Of a DNA stretch of 64,000 nucleotides, positions 18,946 through 27,483 are shown piece by piece. Both the position numbers and the translations under genes were made by a program. This DNA is from Myxococcota bacterium. Lineage in GTDB: Bacteria; Myxococcota_A; UBA9160; SZUA-336. The notes beneath the pieces were generated by a model. The model made no database searches. It was given only the letters and a program-made list of their open reading frames with translations, and was not told the origin of the DNA. The stretch spans positions 704,001 to 768,000 of the forward strand of contig CBDFGR010000003.1 of the NCBI GenBank assembly GCA_965247115.1. The letters are read 5' to 3'. Every line of letters starts with the position of its first letter. The stretch's first letter is position 1.

Positions 18946-19089
18946 CGCTCCCCAGGTTCCCTCCGCTTCCGCTTCTGATTCTGCGCGACCTCGAAGGGTG
19001 CCAGTGTACTAGTCGGATCCCCTCTGCGCAGAGCCTTCGCCACGCATGTGGAGCTCCAGCACGCCGAGAGCTCCTTCCGGCAGCAGCTG

Positions 19090-19560
19090 CTAGTCGGCGA
19101 CCCGCCAGCGAATCCGCCTGCTGCCGAGGACCTCCCGGAGGCTCTGATGCGTCAGGCGCTCCACCTCCTCCTTCGAGCGCTCGTCTACTTTCGACCGAAT
19201 CCTGAGCTCTGATCTAGCCCCGTCGAGCGGCTCCACCGACCATCTGGACTCGACTTCGGAGCCATCCGAGAGGGTGCCTCGGGCTTCGAACTCCCGATTC
19301 TCCCGGTCGTCCTTGACGATCTCCGCGTCCGGATTCCGCTGCTTGATGACTCGCGACATCGTGGCGTAAAGCTCGTCGGGATTGCGGTCCACCTCGATGG
19401 TGACCGTGTATGTGTCCGAGAGCCACTTCTCGTAGGCCTTGTACCCAGCCCAGGGGATCAGGGCAACGCAGGCGACTAGCTGACTCGCCACGATCACGGA
19501 CGCGGCGACGTTTATCCGCACTCGAACTCTTCCAACGCCACCGCTTGTCTTCGACTCCAT
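19090..19560 (-). CDS. Putative lipoprotein (possibly DUF3568-like)
   Basis: Hydrophobic stretch ending in lipobox LVAC, then a small alpha/beta domain. Confidence 0.5.
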   Translation of the reverse strand: MESKTSGGVGRVRVRINVAASVIVASQLVACVALIPWAGYKAYEKWLSDTYTVTIEVDRNPDELYATMSRVIKQRNPDAEIVKDDRENREFEARGTLSDGSEVESRWSVEPLDGARSELRIRSKVDERSKEEVERLTHQSLREVLGSRRIRWRVAD

Positions 19561-19675
19561 GTGATGTTCCCCCCGGTACCCGCACCAAGCGCTTCACGGG
19601 AGCAGACACCCTCGCATCTTGACCACCTCGGGATCAACCGCATTGCACTCTGCGATTGGCAGTAGAATCGTGCGT

Positions 19676-20170
19676 GTGAGTTCCCGGTCTCCACGACACG
19701 AGATCCACCCCTCCCCGGCGCCTCAGCTCGCCGCTCTCTCCTTTCTGATCGGGCGGCTGCGTGGGGAAGGCTGGCTCGGCGACCGGAGCTATCACTACAC
19801 GAAGGAAGTGGCGGGCTCCTGGGTGGCCGGCGGGCACCATGTGCTCGTCGAGATGAGCGCCGACTACCCTGTGCGCAACCACGTGCGCGACCACCACTCG
19901 GTGGTGATGGTGGTGTCGGCGGGCCCCGACGAGGGGTCGCTGGTGTCCCGGGTCTACGACGACGGCGGGGCCATCATCGAGTATCACCCTACCCCCACTC
20001 CGGACGGCCTGGTCTTCGATGACCGGGTTCCCCACGGCTCGAAAGCGACCCGAGCGCGCAAGATCCTGCGGGCCCGGAGCTTCGGTTACGAGGAGACCCT
20101 GGAAGTCGATATGGGCGACGGGGCGTTTGTCCCGTATGCGGAGATCGAGCTGCACCGGAGCACGGATTGA
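19676..20170 (+). CDS. Hypothetical beta-barrel protein (nitrobindin/DUF1579-like)
   Basis: LAALSFLIGRLRGEG pattern and alternating beta-strand pattern; TAGAAT 7 nt upstream of GTG. Confidence 0.5.
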   Translation: MSSRSPRHEIHPSPAPQLAALSFLIGRLRGEGWLGDRSYHYTKEVAGSWVAGGHHVLVEMSADYPVRNHVRDHHSVVMVVSAGPDEGSLVSRVYDDGGAIIEYHPTPTPDGLVFDDRVPHGSKATRARKILRARSFGYEETLEVDMGDGAFVPYAEIELHRSTD

Positions 20171-20190
20171 ACGGCAGCTCCTGCCGGCTC

Positions 20191-21261
20191 TCAGGGGGAT
20201 GCGGCAGACCGCGAGCCGTCGGAGCCCGGCTCGAGATCTCGGAATCCCACCAGCCTGCCCCGTTTCTCGTCCCACAGCGAGAGCCAGATTGCTCTCCTGC
20301 TCTCGGCCATGGTCAGGCGCCGCACCCCTTTGAGCTCTGGATTGGCCTCCAAGCCCTCGCGCAGCCGGTAGTTCGGGATCTTGCTGTTCAGGTGGTGGAT
20401 GTGGTGAAGTCCAATGTCCCCGGTGAACCAACTCAGGACCCCCGGTAGCTCGGAGTAGCTGCTCCCCTGCATCGCTGCAGTGCGAAAGTCCCAGTCCTGT
20501 TGCCGTTCCCAGTAGGTGTTCTCGAACTGGTGGTGAACGTAGAAGAGCCACACGCCCACGATCGACGCCATCACGACAATCGGGACGTGAACCATCAGAA
20601 AGCGCTCGATGCCGAGCATCGAGACCATGATGGCCGCAACCCCGAGGATGACCAGGTCTGTCGAGAGCGCGCTGACCCAGGCCCTTCTCCCTGCGTGGAA
20701 CAGGTCCGATGGCAGCCGGTGCCTCAGGAGAAATTGGTAGGCCGGACCGATGCCGAACAGGACGAGAGGATTTCGGTAGAGACGGTAGGCGAGCTTCCCC
20801 CGCACAGGGAGTGAGACGTACTCGTTCACCGTCAACGTGCTGATGTCACCAACTCCTCGGCGACTTAGATTCCCCGAGGTGGCGTGGTGGATCGCATGAG
20901 CGTTGCGCCAGTCCGCATACGGAGTCAGCGTCAGAACCCCAATCAGACGGCCCAGCACGTCGTTGGCCCATCGGGACCGGAAGAACGAGCCGTGCCCACA
21001 GTCGTGCTGGATGATGAAGAACCGCACGAGGAGGCCGGCCGCCGGGACCGCCAGGAGTAGTGTGGCCCAGTAGGAGTAGTCCAGGCTGAGGAGCATTGCG
21101 GCCCAGACGACCACAAAAGGGATCGCGGTGGAGAGCACCTGCCCGATGCTCCGGCCCAAGACGGGTTTCCTGTAGGCCGTGAGGGCATCGGCCGATCCGG
21201 CTACACGATGATGTTGCGGCGTCTCCAGGAGTCTCTCCCGGCCCAGACCATGGTCCCGCAT
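20191..21261 (-). CDS. Membrane fatty acid desaturase
   Basis: His boxes HDCGH, HAIHH, HHIHH; WLFYVHHQFE, KIPNYRL. Confidence 0.92.
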   Translation of the reverse strand: MRDHGLGRERLLETPQHHRVAGSADALTAYRKPVLGRSIGQVLSTAIPFVVVWAAMLLSLDYSYWATLLLAVPAAGLLVRFFIIQHDCGHGSFFRSRWANDVLGRLIGVLTLTPYADWRNAHAIHHATSGNLSRRGVGDISTLTVNEYVSLPVRGKLAYRLYRNPLVLFGIGPAYQFLLRHRLPSDLFHAGRRAWVSALSTDLVILGVAAIMVSMLGIERFLMVHVPIVVMASIVGVWLFYVHHQFENTYWERQQDWDFRTAAMQGSSYSELPGVLSWFTGDIGLHHIHHLNSKIPNYRLREGLEANPELKGVRRLTMAESRRAIWLSLWDEKRGRLVGFRDLEPGSDGSRSAASP

Positions 21262-21411
21262 GGACCATAACCGGTTCGCGCTGCCTCCGCAGCAGCTGGG
21301 GCGGGTGACCATTCAGCACGATTTCGCTGGCGAGCTTGTTCGGAGGTGTCGAGGTAGGGCGACTGACTATCTGAAAGCCCTGTCTGGTATCGTCGCCTTC
21401 AGGAGGAACAG

Positions 21412-22041
21412 ATGATCAAGCTATACGGCGCTCCACTGAGCAACTACTACAACATGGTCAAGACCGCGTTGATCGAGAAGGGCATCGAGTTCGAGGCCCT
21501 GATGCAGCCGCCGTCCCAGGAGGACGACTACCGCGCCAAGAGCGCGATGGGAAAGATCCCCTGCATCGAGACCGAGCGAGGGTTTCTGGCTGAGAGCTCC
21601 GCCATTCTCGACCACCTCGAGGACATCCAGCCGGAGCCGGCGCTCCTGCCCCCCGACCAGTACGCACGCGCCAAGGTGCGTGAGCTGTCGAGATCACTCG
21701 AGCTCTATATCGAGCTGGTGGCACGTCGCGGATACGGCGCCTTGCGCGGCAAGGACCCATCGGACGACGTGAAAGCGGGGATCAAGCGGGACCTCGAGAG
21801 GGGCGTGGAGGCCATCAAGCGGCTGGCGAAGTTCTCGCCCTGGATCGCAGGCGACACGTTCACCTACGCAGACCTGGTTGGCTACTTTGCCTTCCTCCTC
21901 GGCAACATGTCTGCCAAGGCCAACGCCGACACCGATCTGCTCGCTGCGATCCCGGGCGCCCAGGCGTGGTTCGACAAGGTGGGCGAGCGCGGTTCCGTCA
22001 AGCAGGCCCTCGCAGATCAGGCCGCTGCCCGCAGAGGTTGA
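21412..22041 (+). CDS. Glutathione S-transferase family protein
   Basis: SNYYNMVK, GKIPCIET, ESSAI, FTYAD; SD AGGAGG. Confidence 0.9.
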   Translation: MIKLYGAPLSNYYNMVKTALIEKGIEFEALMQPPSQEDDYRAKSAMGKIPCIETERGFLAESSAILDHLEDIQPEPALLPPDQYARAKVRELSRSLELYIELVARRGYGALRGKDPSDDVKAGIKRDLERGVEAIKRLAKFSPWIAGDTFTYADLVGYFAFLLGNMSAKANADTDLLAAIPGAQAWFDKVGERGSVKQALADQAAARRG

Positions 22042-22063
22042 CCGGGACCGCCACAGCGCTGCG

Positions 22064-22720
22064 TCAGGGCCTGGTCGCCTCGACGTGGATGGCGTCCATT
22101 GGCATGTCCTCCACGGGCTCGACGACGCTGCGGTCGATGGTGAACCCGGCCTCGCGGATCCAAGCGTCTACCTCGGCCTGGGAATACCTTCGGGCCAGGA
22201 CATCAGACGTGTCTCCGTAGTCAATGTGCCCGGAACCTTCCCAGGTGGCGACAACCAGCTGGCCGCCCGCCTTCAGTACGCGGGACCACTCCTCCATGGC
22301 CTGCGCAGCGTCTTTCGCGTCCAGGTGGTGAAGAGCAAAGAAACTCACAACGGCTGCCGTGGATCCGGATAGCGTCTTGGTCAGGTCACGCATGTCGCCC
22401 TTCAGGACTTCGGCCGCCGGCCCTAGCGCCTTGCGGGCCATCGACACCATCTTCGGGGACAGATCCATTCCAACCAGCGCTCGCTCCCCGTCGAACTTGT
22501 CGTGATACAGCCTCAACATATGCCCCGGTCCGCAGGATGTATCCAGGACGGGACCCGGTAGCGAACGGATTCTCTCGGCCAACCTGCCCAACGTGTCGGC
22601 GTACAAGGGCAGGCCGATTTCCGCATCCATGATCTCCGCGTACCACTAAGCGGACTCGTCGTAGAGCGCCTGCACGTCCTCTGCGGGTGACAACGCCGTA
22701 TCGTCGGCTGACGTCGACAT
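22064..22720 (-). pseudogene. Class I SAM-dependent methyltransferase interrupted by in-frame TAG at 22646-22648
   Basis: MSTSADD...VQALYDESA*WYAEIMD continues in frame into VLDTSCGPG, GMDLSPKM, RVLKAGG. TACACT lies 8 nt upstream of ATG 22720. Confidence 0.7.
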
Positions 22721-22851
22721 CTGACCGCAGTGTACCGTCCGACGTCCTCTCGGCCCACTCCACCGAGTGGCGTGCTCCGCGCGCTAGGGCCGCCCGACCG
22801 ACTGGTGTAAGGTTAGTCTGCTACCGCAGAAACGCGGCAGGATTCCTCCCC

Positions 22852-23613
22852 ATGCGCATTGCTATCTCTCTCATCGCCGCGATCGCAGTCGTCGTCGTGG
22901 CCGTGCTGCTGTACGTCACAGCCTCACTCGACTCCCTGGTAAAGCAGGGCATCGAGACCTATGGCTCGCGGATCGTGGGCGCGCCCGAACGCGTGGGCTC
23001 GGTCGAGATCTCGCTGAGCACCGGCCGCGGGACTCTGCGCGAGCTGAGCGTCAGCAACCCGGAGGGCTTCTCGAACGGGGATGCGCTGCGGCTGGCTGAG
23101 ATCACTCTGGACATCCAACCGAGCTCATTGACACAGGAACCGCTCGTCATCCAGGAGATCACGATTCTGGGTCCGCAAGTAAACGCTGAGGTCTCGGCGA
23201 GCGGCAGCACGAACATCGACGTGCTGCGGCGGAATGTCTCGGCGTACGCCGGGACGAGCTCGGACGGCGGATCGACACCCAGCCCCGAGGCGGTGGACGA
23301 CACCCCACCGCCTCTGCTGCGCATCAACGAGCTCACGTTCGCGGACGGCGTGCTCGCTGCCGACACCACGGCCATCGGTGGCGACGTTCGTACCCTGGAG
23401 CTCGCTCCGCTGCGGCTCGCAGAGCTCGGGGGCAAGAATGGGCAGCCGGTCGACGTGATCGCGAAGAGCATCCTCGACGCCTACACACGCAGCGTGGCCA
23501 GCGTCGTCGCGAAGGACGTCGCGGCCAGTCGCGCAGGGAAGCTGATCGACGAGAAGATCGGCGGTGAGCTCGGCGAGGCCGCCAGGGGCTTGCTCGATAG
23601 AGTTCTCGACTAG
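22852..23613 (+). CDS. AsmA-like/DUF748-like envelope protein with N-terminal anchor
   Basis: N-terminal TM helix, then LDSLVKQGIETYGS, LSVSNPEGFS, LVIQEITI, TNIDVL. Confidence 0.65.
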   Translation: MRIAISLIAAIAVVVVAVLLYVTASLDSLVKQGIETYGSRIVGAPERVGSVEISLSTGRGTLRELSVSNPEGFSNGDALRLAEITLDIQPSSLTQEPLVIQEITILGPQVNAEVSASGSTNIDVLRRNVSAYAGTSSDGGSTPSPEAVDDTPPPLLRINELTFADGVLAADTTAIGGDVRTLELAPLRLAELGGKNGQPVDVIAKSILDAYTRSVASVVAKDVAASRAGKLIDEKIGGELGEAARGLLDRVLD

Positions 23614-23651
23614 CAGATGTAGGTCCGGGCGAGGTCCAGGCAGGTTGCGCG

Positions 23652-25976
23652 TTATTCGGGGGTGGCGGCCTCGAGACGAGTCAGAAACGCGCGCGCCGAG
23701 GCGTCATCGGGGGCCCGCTCGACGAGCTCCCGCGCGTAGCCGAGGGCCGCCCCAACCCGTCCCAGGTCCCGGCTCAAGGTCGCGAGGACCATGAGCAGCT
23801 GCCGGTCGCCCGGGTGCCGGGCCAGGGACTCCGTCAGGACCGCGATAGCGCGTTCGCTCTGACTCGCGGAGTGAAGCGCGACGCCATACACGTATGCGTA
23901 GCGCGGGCGTTCGGGCGCGAGCTCGGCGGCGCGCGCGAGTGAGTCGAGAGCGCCGTCGAGGCCCCCGCGCCGAACGAGCGTGAGACCCAGGGCGTGATGC
24001 GCCTCAGCGGCGTCGGGCACGAGCTCCAGTGCTCGCCGCAACACGCGCTCCGCCTGCTCGTCGCGCCCTTCCTGGCGGTGGAGATCCGCCAGGTTGACAT
24101 AGGTAGGGGCGAACCGGGGCGCCAGCTGCAAGGCTCGCGTGTAGGCGTCGCGGGCAAGTTCGAGCTCGCCTCGTCGGGCGTGCAGGATGCCGAGGTTCAA
24201 GTGCGCGGTCGGCCCGTCCGCGTTCGCGAGCTGCGCCTCCTTATACTCGGCGAGCGCAGCGCCCAGAGCCGGACGATCTCCCGGCGCAAGGCGCTCCAGT
24301 GGTGCATCGGCCAGGAGTCGCGCAGCCTCTATCCGAACGGCCAGGAACGGATCGCGCAGCAGCGGCGTTGCGAGGCGCAAGCGAGCCCCCGGCTCGATGC
24401 TCTCTGCCGCTTCGAGGGCGGCCATCCGAACCAGGCCATCGGCGTCCCTCGTTCCGCGGGCCACGGCGTCGGCGGTCCGCGGCCCGGGCGCATCCCGCAG
24501 AAGCCGCAGCGCGGTGGCACGTGCGATGCCTGGCTGAGTCACGTCGGCCGCCAGCTCGGAGAGGGAGCGCTCCGCGTCGGGCAGCTGCCTCCTGCCCGCG
24601 TGAAGAGCGTTCGCGAAGTGCGCCCGCCCGGCGGACTCGGGTCCCCACCAACGCTCGCTGGCCGCGGCGGCCCAGGACGCCGGGCGATCCAGGTGACAGC
24701 CGGTGCAGGCGTTCGGGGTGTCGATCGCAACGCTCAGATCGGGGCGCGGAACCCGCAAGGAGTGATCGCGTCGTGCGTCGACTCCCATGTAGGTGCGAGC
24801 GGGCATGTGGCACTCGACGCAGCTCGCGCCGGTCGACTCGGGCTCGTGGAAGTGATGCGAGGACGACGCGAATACCTCAGGACGGTGACATCCGGAGCAG
24901 GTCTCGTCCGGGTTGGCGGCGACGGCGAGAGCGTGCGGATCGTGACAGTCTCCGCACGAAACTCCCGCGGCATACATGCGACTCTGGAGGAACGAGCCGT
25001 ACACGTAGACTTCGTCGAGGATCTGGCCGTCCGCGTGATAGAGCGGCTCGTCGAGAAGAGCCGGGCGGTAGCTGTCGAGCAGCGGCTTGCCCCAGCGATA
25101 GGTGCCACGAAGTACGGTGCGGCGCGAGTGACAGCGAGCACAGGTCTCGAGCTCGACGTTCGCCTCGCGCTCGCGTGTTCGCCGGGCAATCGCCGCTCCC
25201 GGGTCGAAGACCCACCCGGCTGGCTGCCGTTCGCGCAGCTGGACGACGAAGCCATTGCCAGCGTCCCCCTCCGGGACCTCTTGCGCGGCGGCGATCGACT
25301 GACGCACGTGCTCCGAGCCCGGGCCGTGGCAGGCCTCGCACGCCACGTCGAGCTCCGCCCAGCCGGTGTCGTAGCGGTCCTGCTCCGGCAGATAGCCTCT
25401 GCGCAGGTCGGTCGAGTGGCAGTCCGCACACATGAAGTTCCAGCGCTGGTTCCGTCCGGTCCAGTGCAGCTCGTCGTCGGGCGGGATGGTCTCGTCGGGA
25501 TAGAGATGGAACCAGCGCTGCCCGCCGACGCTGGCAGGGCGGGTGTCCCAGGCGACCCCGAAGGCCTGCACCCTGCCACCCGGCAGGCGGATCAGGTACT
25601 GCTGCAGCGGCTCGACCCCAAAGGCATAGGCGACCTCGTAGTCCCCCTGCTCTCCCTCTGGCCCTTCCGTGTTCACGAAGAAGCGGCCCCCGCTCCGGAA
25701 GAACCTCGAAGTCACGCCGCGATGCGTGAAGCTCGCAGCCTGGAAGTCACCCAGCACGGACGCGCTGGTCGCCTCCTGCATCGCCAGGTCGTGATGCGAG
25801 CCGCGCCAGCGCTCCAGCTCCCGTACATGGCAGCCCCCACAAACAGCGACCCCCACGAACACCGGCTCGGACACCTCGGCTCCCGGCCCGCCGGTGTGCG
25901 ACTCATCGGTACAGCTCGCGAGAGCCAGCATCAGCGCCACCACCAGGGCTCGCGGCGGCAGACCAGACCGTCTCAT
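23652..25976 (-). CDS. Octaheme c-type cytochrome lipoprotein with HEAT and TPR repeats
   Basis: Lipobox LASC. Eight CxxCH: CGGCH, CADCH, CEACH, CARCH, CGDCH, CSGCH, CVECH, CTGCH. C-terminal TPRs (AHLNLG, AHHALG). Confidence 0.9.
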   Translation of the reverse strand: MRRSGLPPRALVVALMLALASCTDESHTGGPGAEVSEPVFVGVAVCGGCHVRELERWRGSHHDLAMQEATSASVLGDFQAASFTHRGVTSRFFRSGGRFFVNTEGPEGEQGDYEVAYAFGVEPLQQYLIRLPGGRVQAFGVAWDTRPASVGGQRWFHLYPDETIPPDDELHWTGRNQRWNFMCADCHSTDLRRGYLPEQDRYDTGWAELDVACEACHGPGSEHVRQSIAAAQEVPEGDAGNGFVVQLRERQPAGWVFDPGAAIARRTREREANVELETCARCHSRRTVLRGTYRWGKPLLDSYRPALLDEPLYHADGQILDEVYVYGSFLQSRMYAAGVSCGDCHDPHALAVAANPDETCSGCHRPEVFASSSHHFHEPESTGASCVECHMPARTYMGVDARRDHSLRVPRPDLSVAIDTPNACTGCHLDRPASWAAAASERWWGPESAGRAHFANALHAGRRQLPDAERSLSELAADVTQPGIARATALRLLRDAPGPRTADAVARGTRDADGLVRMAALEAAESIEPGARLRLATPLLRDPFLAVRIEAARLLADAPLERLAPGDRPALGAALAEYKEAQLANADGPTAHLNLGILHARRGELELARDAYTRALQLAPRFAPTYVNLADLHRQEGRDEQAERVLRRALELVPDAAEAHHALGLTLVRRGGLDGALDSLARAAELAPERPRYAYVYGVALHSASQSERAIAVLTESLARHPGDRQLLMVLATLSRDLGRVGAALGYARELVERAPDDASARAFLTRLEAATPE

Positions 25977-26003
25977 CGCGGCAGTCTACCGTAGGGCCCT
26001 CTG

Positions 26004-26046
26004 CGGAAGCGGTGGGTTTCCGCTTCGGACGCGCGAGGCATACAAT
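26004..26046 (+). promoter_or_regulatory. Putative mtoX promoter with overlapping inverted repeat
   Basis: TTCCGC-N17-TACAAT; inverted repeat GAAGCGG-n7-CCGCTTC overlaps the -35. Confidence 0.4.
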
Positions 26047-26108
26047 CTCGGCGTGGGAAACTTAATGCCGGGTTCCGCGAAGGCGGTCCGGCGGGAGGGC
26101 CAGCCGCA

Positions 26109-27476
26109 ATGTCGGACATCGGATCGAGAACAGCTCGGCTTCTGGGAACGCTCCCGCTCATCACGGCACTGCTCGGGGTCTCGGCTCCTGCCGGCGCCGA
26201 CGAGACCTGCCTCTCGCCCTACATGGCGAAGATCGTGGGGCAGGAGCAGTTCGTATACGTCTGGACGCTCGGCATGGAGGGCCTCGGTGACGAGCAGGAC
26301 AAGCTCGTCACGATCGACGCGGATCCGGACTCGAGTAGCTTCGGCAAGGTGGTCCACAGCCTGCCGGTGGGCGGGCGGAACGAGGCGCACCACTCCGGCT
26401 TGACGGACGATCGGCGCTACCTGTGGGCGGGGGGTCTGGATACGAGCCAGATCTTCATCTTCGACATCCACTCGAACCCCGCGCGCCCCGAGCTGTCTCG
26501 AGTGGTGGGCGACTTCGTCGCGCGCAGCGGCGGAGTCGTGGGGCCACACACGTTCTACGCGCTGCCGGGTCGCATGCTGATCACGGCCCTCTCGAACAAT
26601 CGGGACCACGGCGGCCGCTCGGCCCTGGTGGAGTACACGAATGCCGGGGAGTACGTGGCCACCCACTGGATCCCGCACGAGGAGGACCTGCAGGGCAGCG
26701 TCAAGACCGGACAGTACGCGGACGGCTACAGCTACGACGCGCGCGTTCAGCCGCGACTCAACGCCATGCTCACGAGCTCGTTCACAGGCTGGTCCAACTA
26801 CATGATGGACTTCGGCAAGATGCTCCGGGATGAGACTGCCATGCAGCGCTTCGGCCAGACCGTCGTGCTCTGGGATCTTCACAGCCGCAAGCCGAAGCAG
26901 ATCTTCGACGTGCCCGGCGCCCCTCTCGAGATTCGCTGGGCCTGGGGACCGAGCAACAACTACGCCTTCACGTCCACCGCCCTGACCTCCCAGCTCTGGC
27001 TCATCGAGATGCGCGAGAGCGGGGAGTGGAACGCGAGCGCAGTGGCGGACATCGGCGACCCCGCGCAGATCCCGCTCCCCGTCGACATCTCGATCTCGTC
27101 CGACGATTCGCGGCTCTGGGTCGACACGTTCCTGGACGGTACCACGCGACTCTTCGACATCAGCGATCCGCGCGAGCCGAAGCAGATCTACTCGAAGAAG
27201 ATCGGCTCGCACCTCAACATGGTTTCTCAGAGCTGGGACGGAGAGCGCGTCTACTTCAGCAGCTCGCTGCTCGCCAACTGGGACAAGAAGGGTGCGGAGA
27301 ACGAGCAGTTCGTCAAGCTCTACCGCTGGAACGGCACGGAGCTCGAGCACGTCTGGACGGTCGACTTCATCGAGCAGAAGCTGGGGCGCGCTCACCAGAT
27401 GCGCTTTGGCTCCCGCGCGCTGTACGCCACACCGAAGCCGGGAACGGAGCGGACGAGCACGGTAGCCGTGAGGTAA
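26109..27476 (+). CDS. mtoX: Methanethiol oxidase (SBP56 family), exported
   Basis: Signal peptide, then DETCLSPY..GQEQFVYVWTLG, NEAHH, GPHTFYALPGR, SSFTGW, SSLLANWDKKG, AHQMRFG; followed by SCO-MauG. Confidence 0.9.
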   Translation: MSDIGSRTARLLGTLPLITALLGVSAPAGADETCLSPYMAKIVGQEQFVYVWTLGMEGLGDEQDKLVTIDADPDSSSFGKVVHSLPVGGRNEAHHSGLTDDRRYLWAGGLDTSQIFIFDIHSNPARPELSRVVGDFVARSGGVVGPHTFYALPGRMLITALSNNRDHGGRSALVEYTNAGEYVATHWIPHEEDLQGSVKTGQYADGYSYDARVQPRLNAMLTSSFTGWSNYMMDFGKMLRDETAMQRFGQTVVLWDLHSRKPKQIFDVPGAPLEIRWAWGPSNNYAFTSTALTSQLWLIEMRESGEWNASAVADIGDPAQIPLPVDISISSDDSRLWVDTFLDGTTRLFDISDPREPKQIYSKKIGSHLNMVSQSWDGERVYFSSSLLANWDKKGAENEQFVKLYRWNGTELEHVWTVDFIEQKLGRAHQMRFGSRALYATPKPGTERTSTVAVR

Positions 27477-27483
27477 GCCGGGC

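Noticed and set aside
22646..22648. Pyrrolysine or genome-wide amber reassignment
   Set aside because: TAG ends many clear genes in this window and no pyl genes are present.
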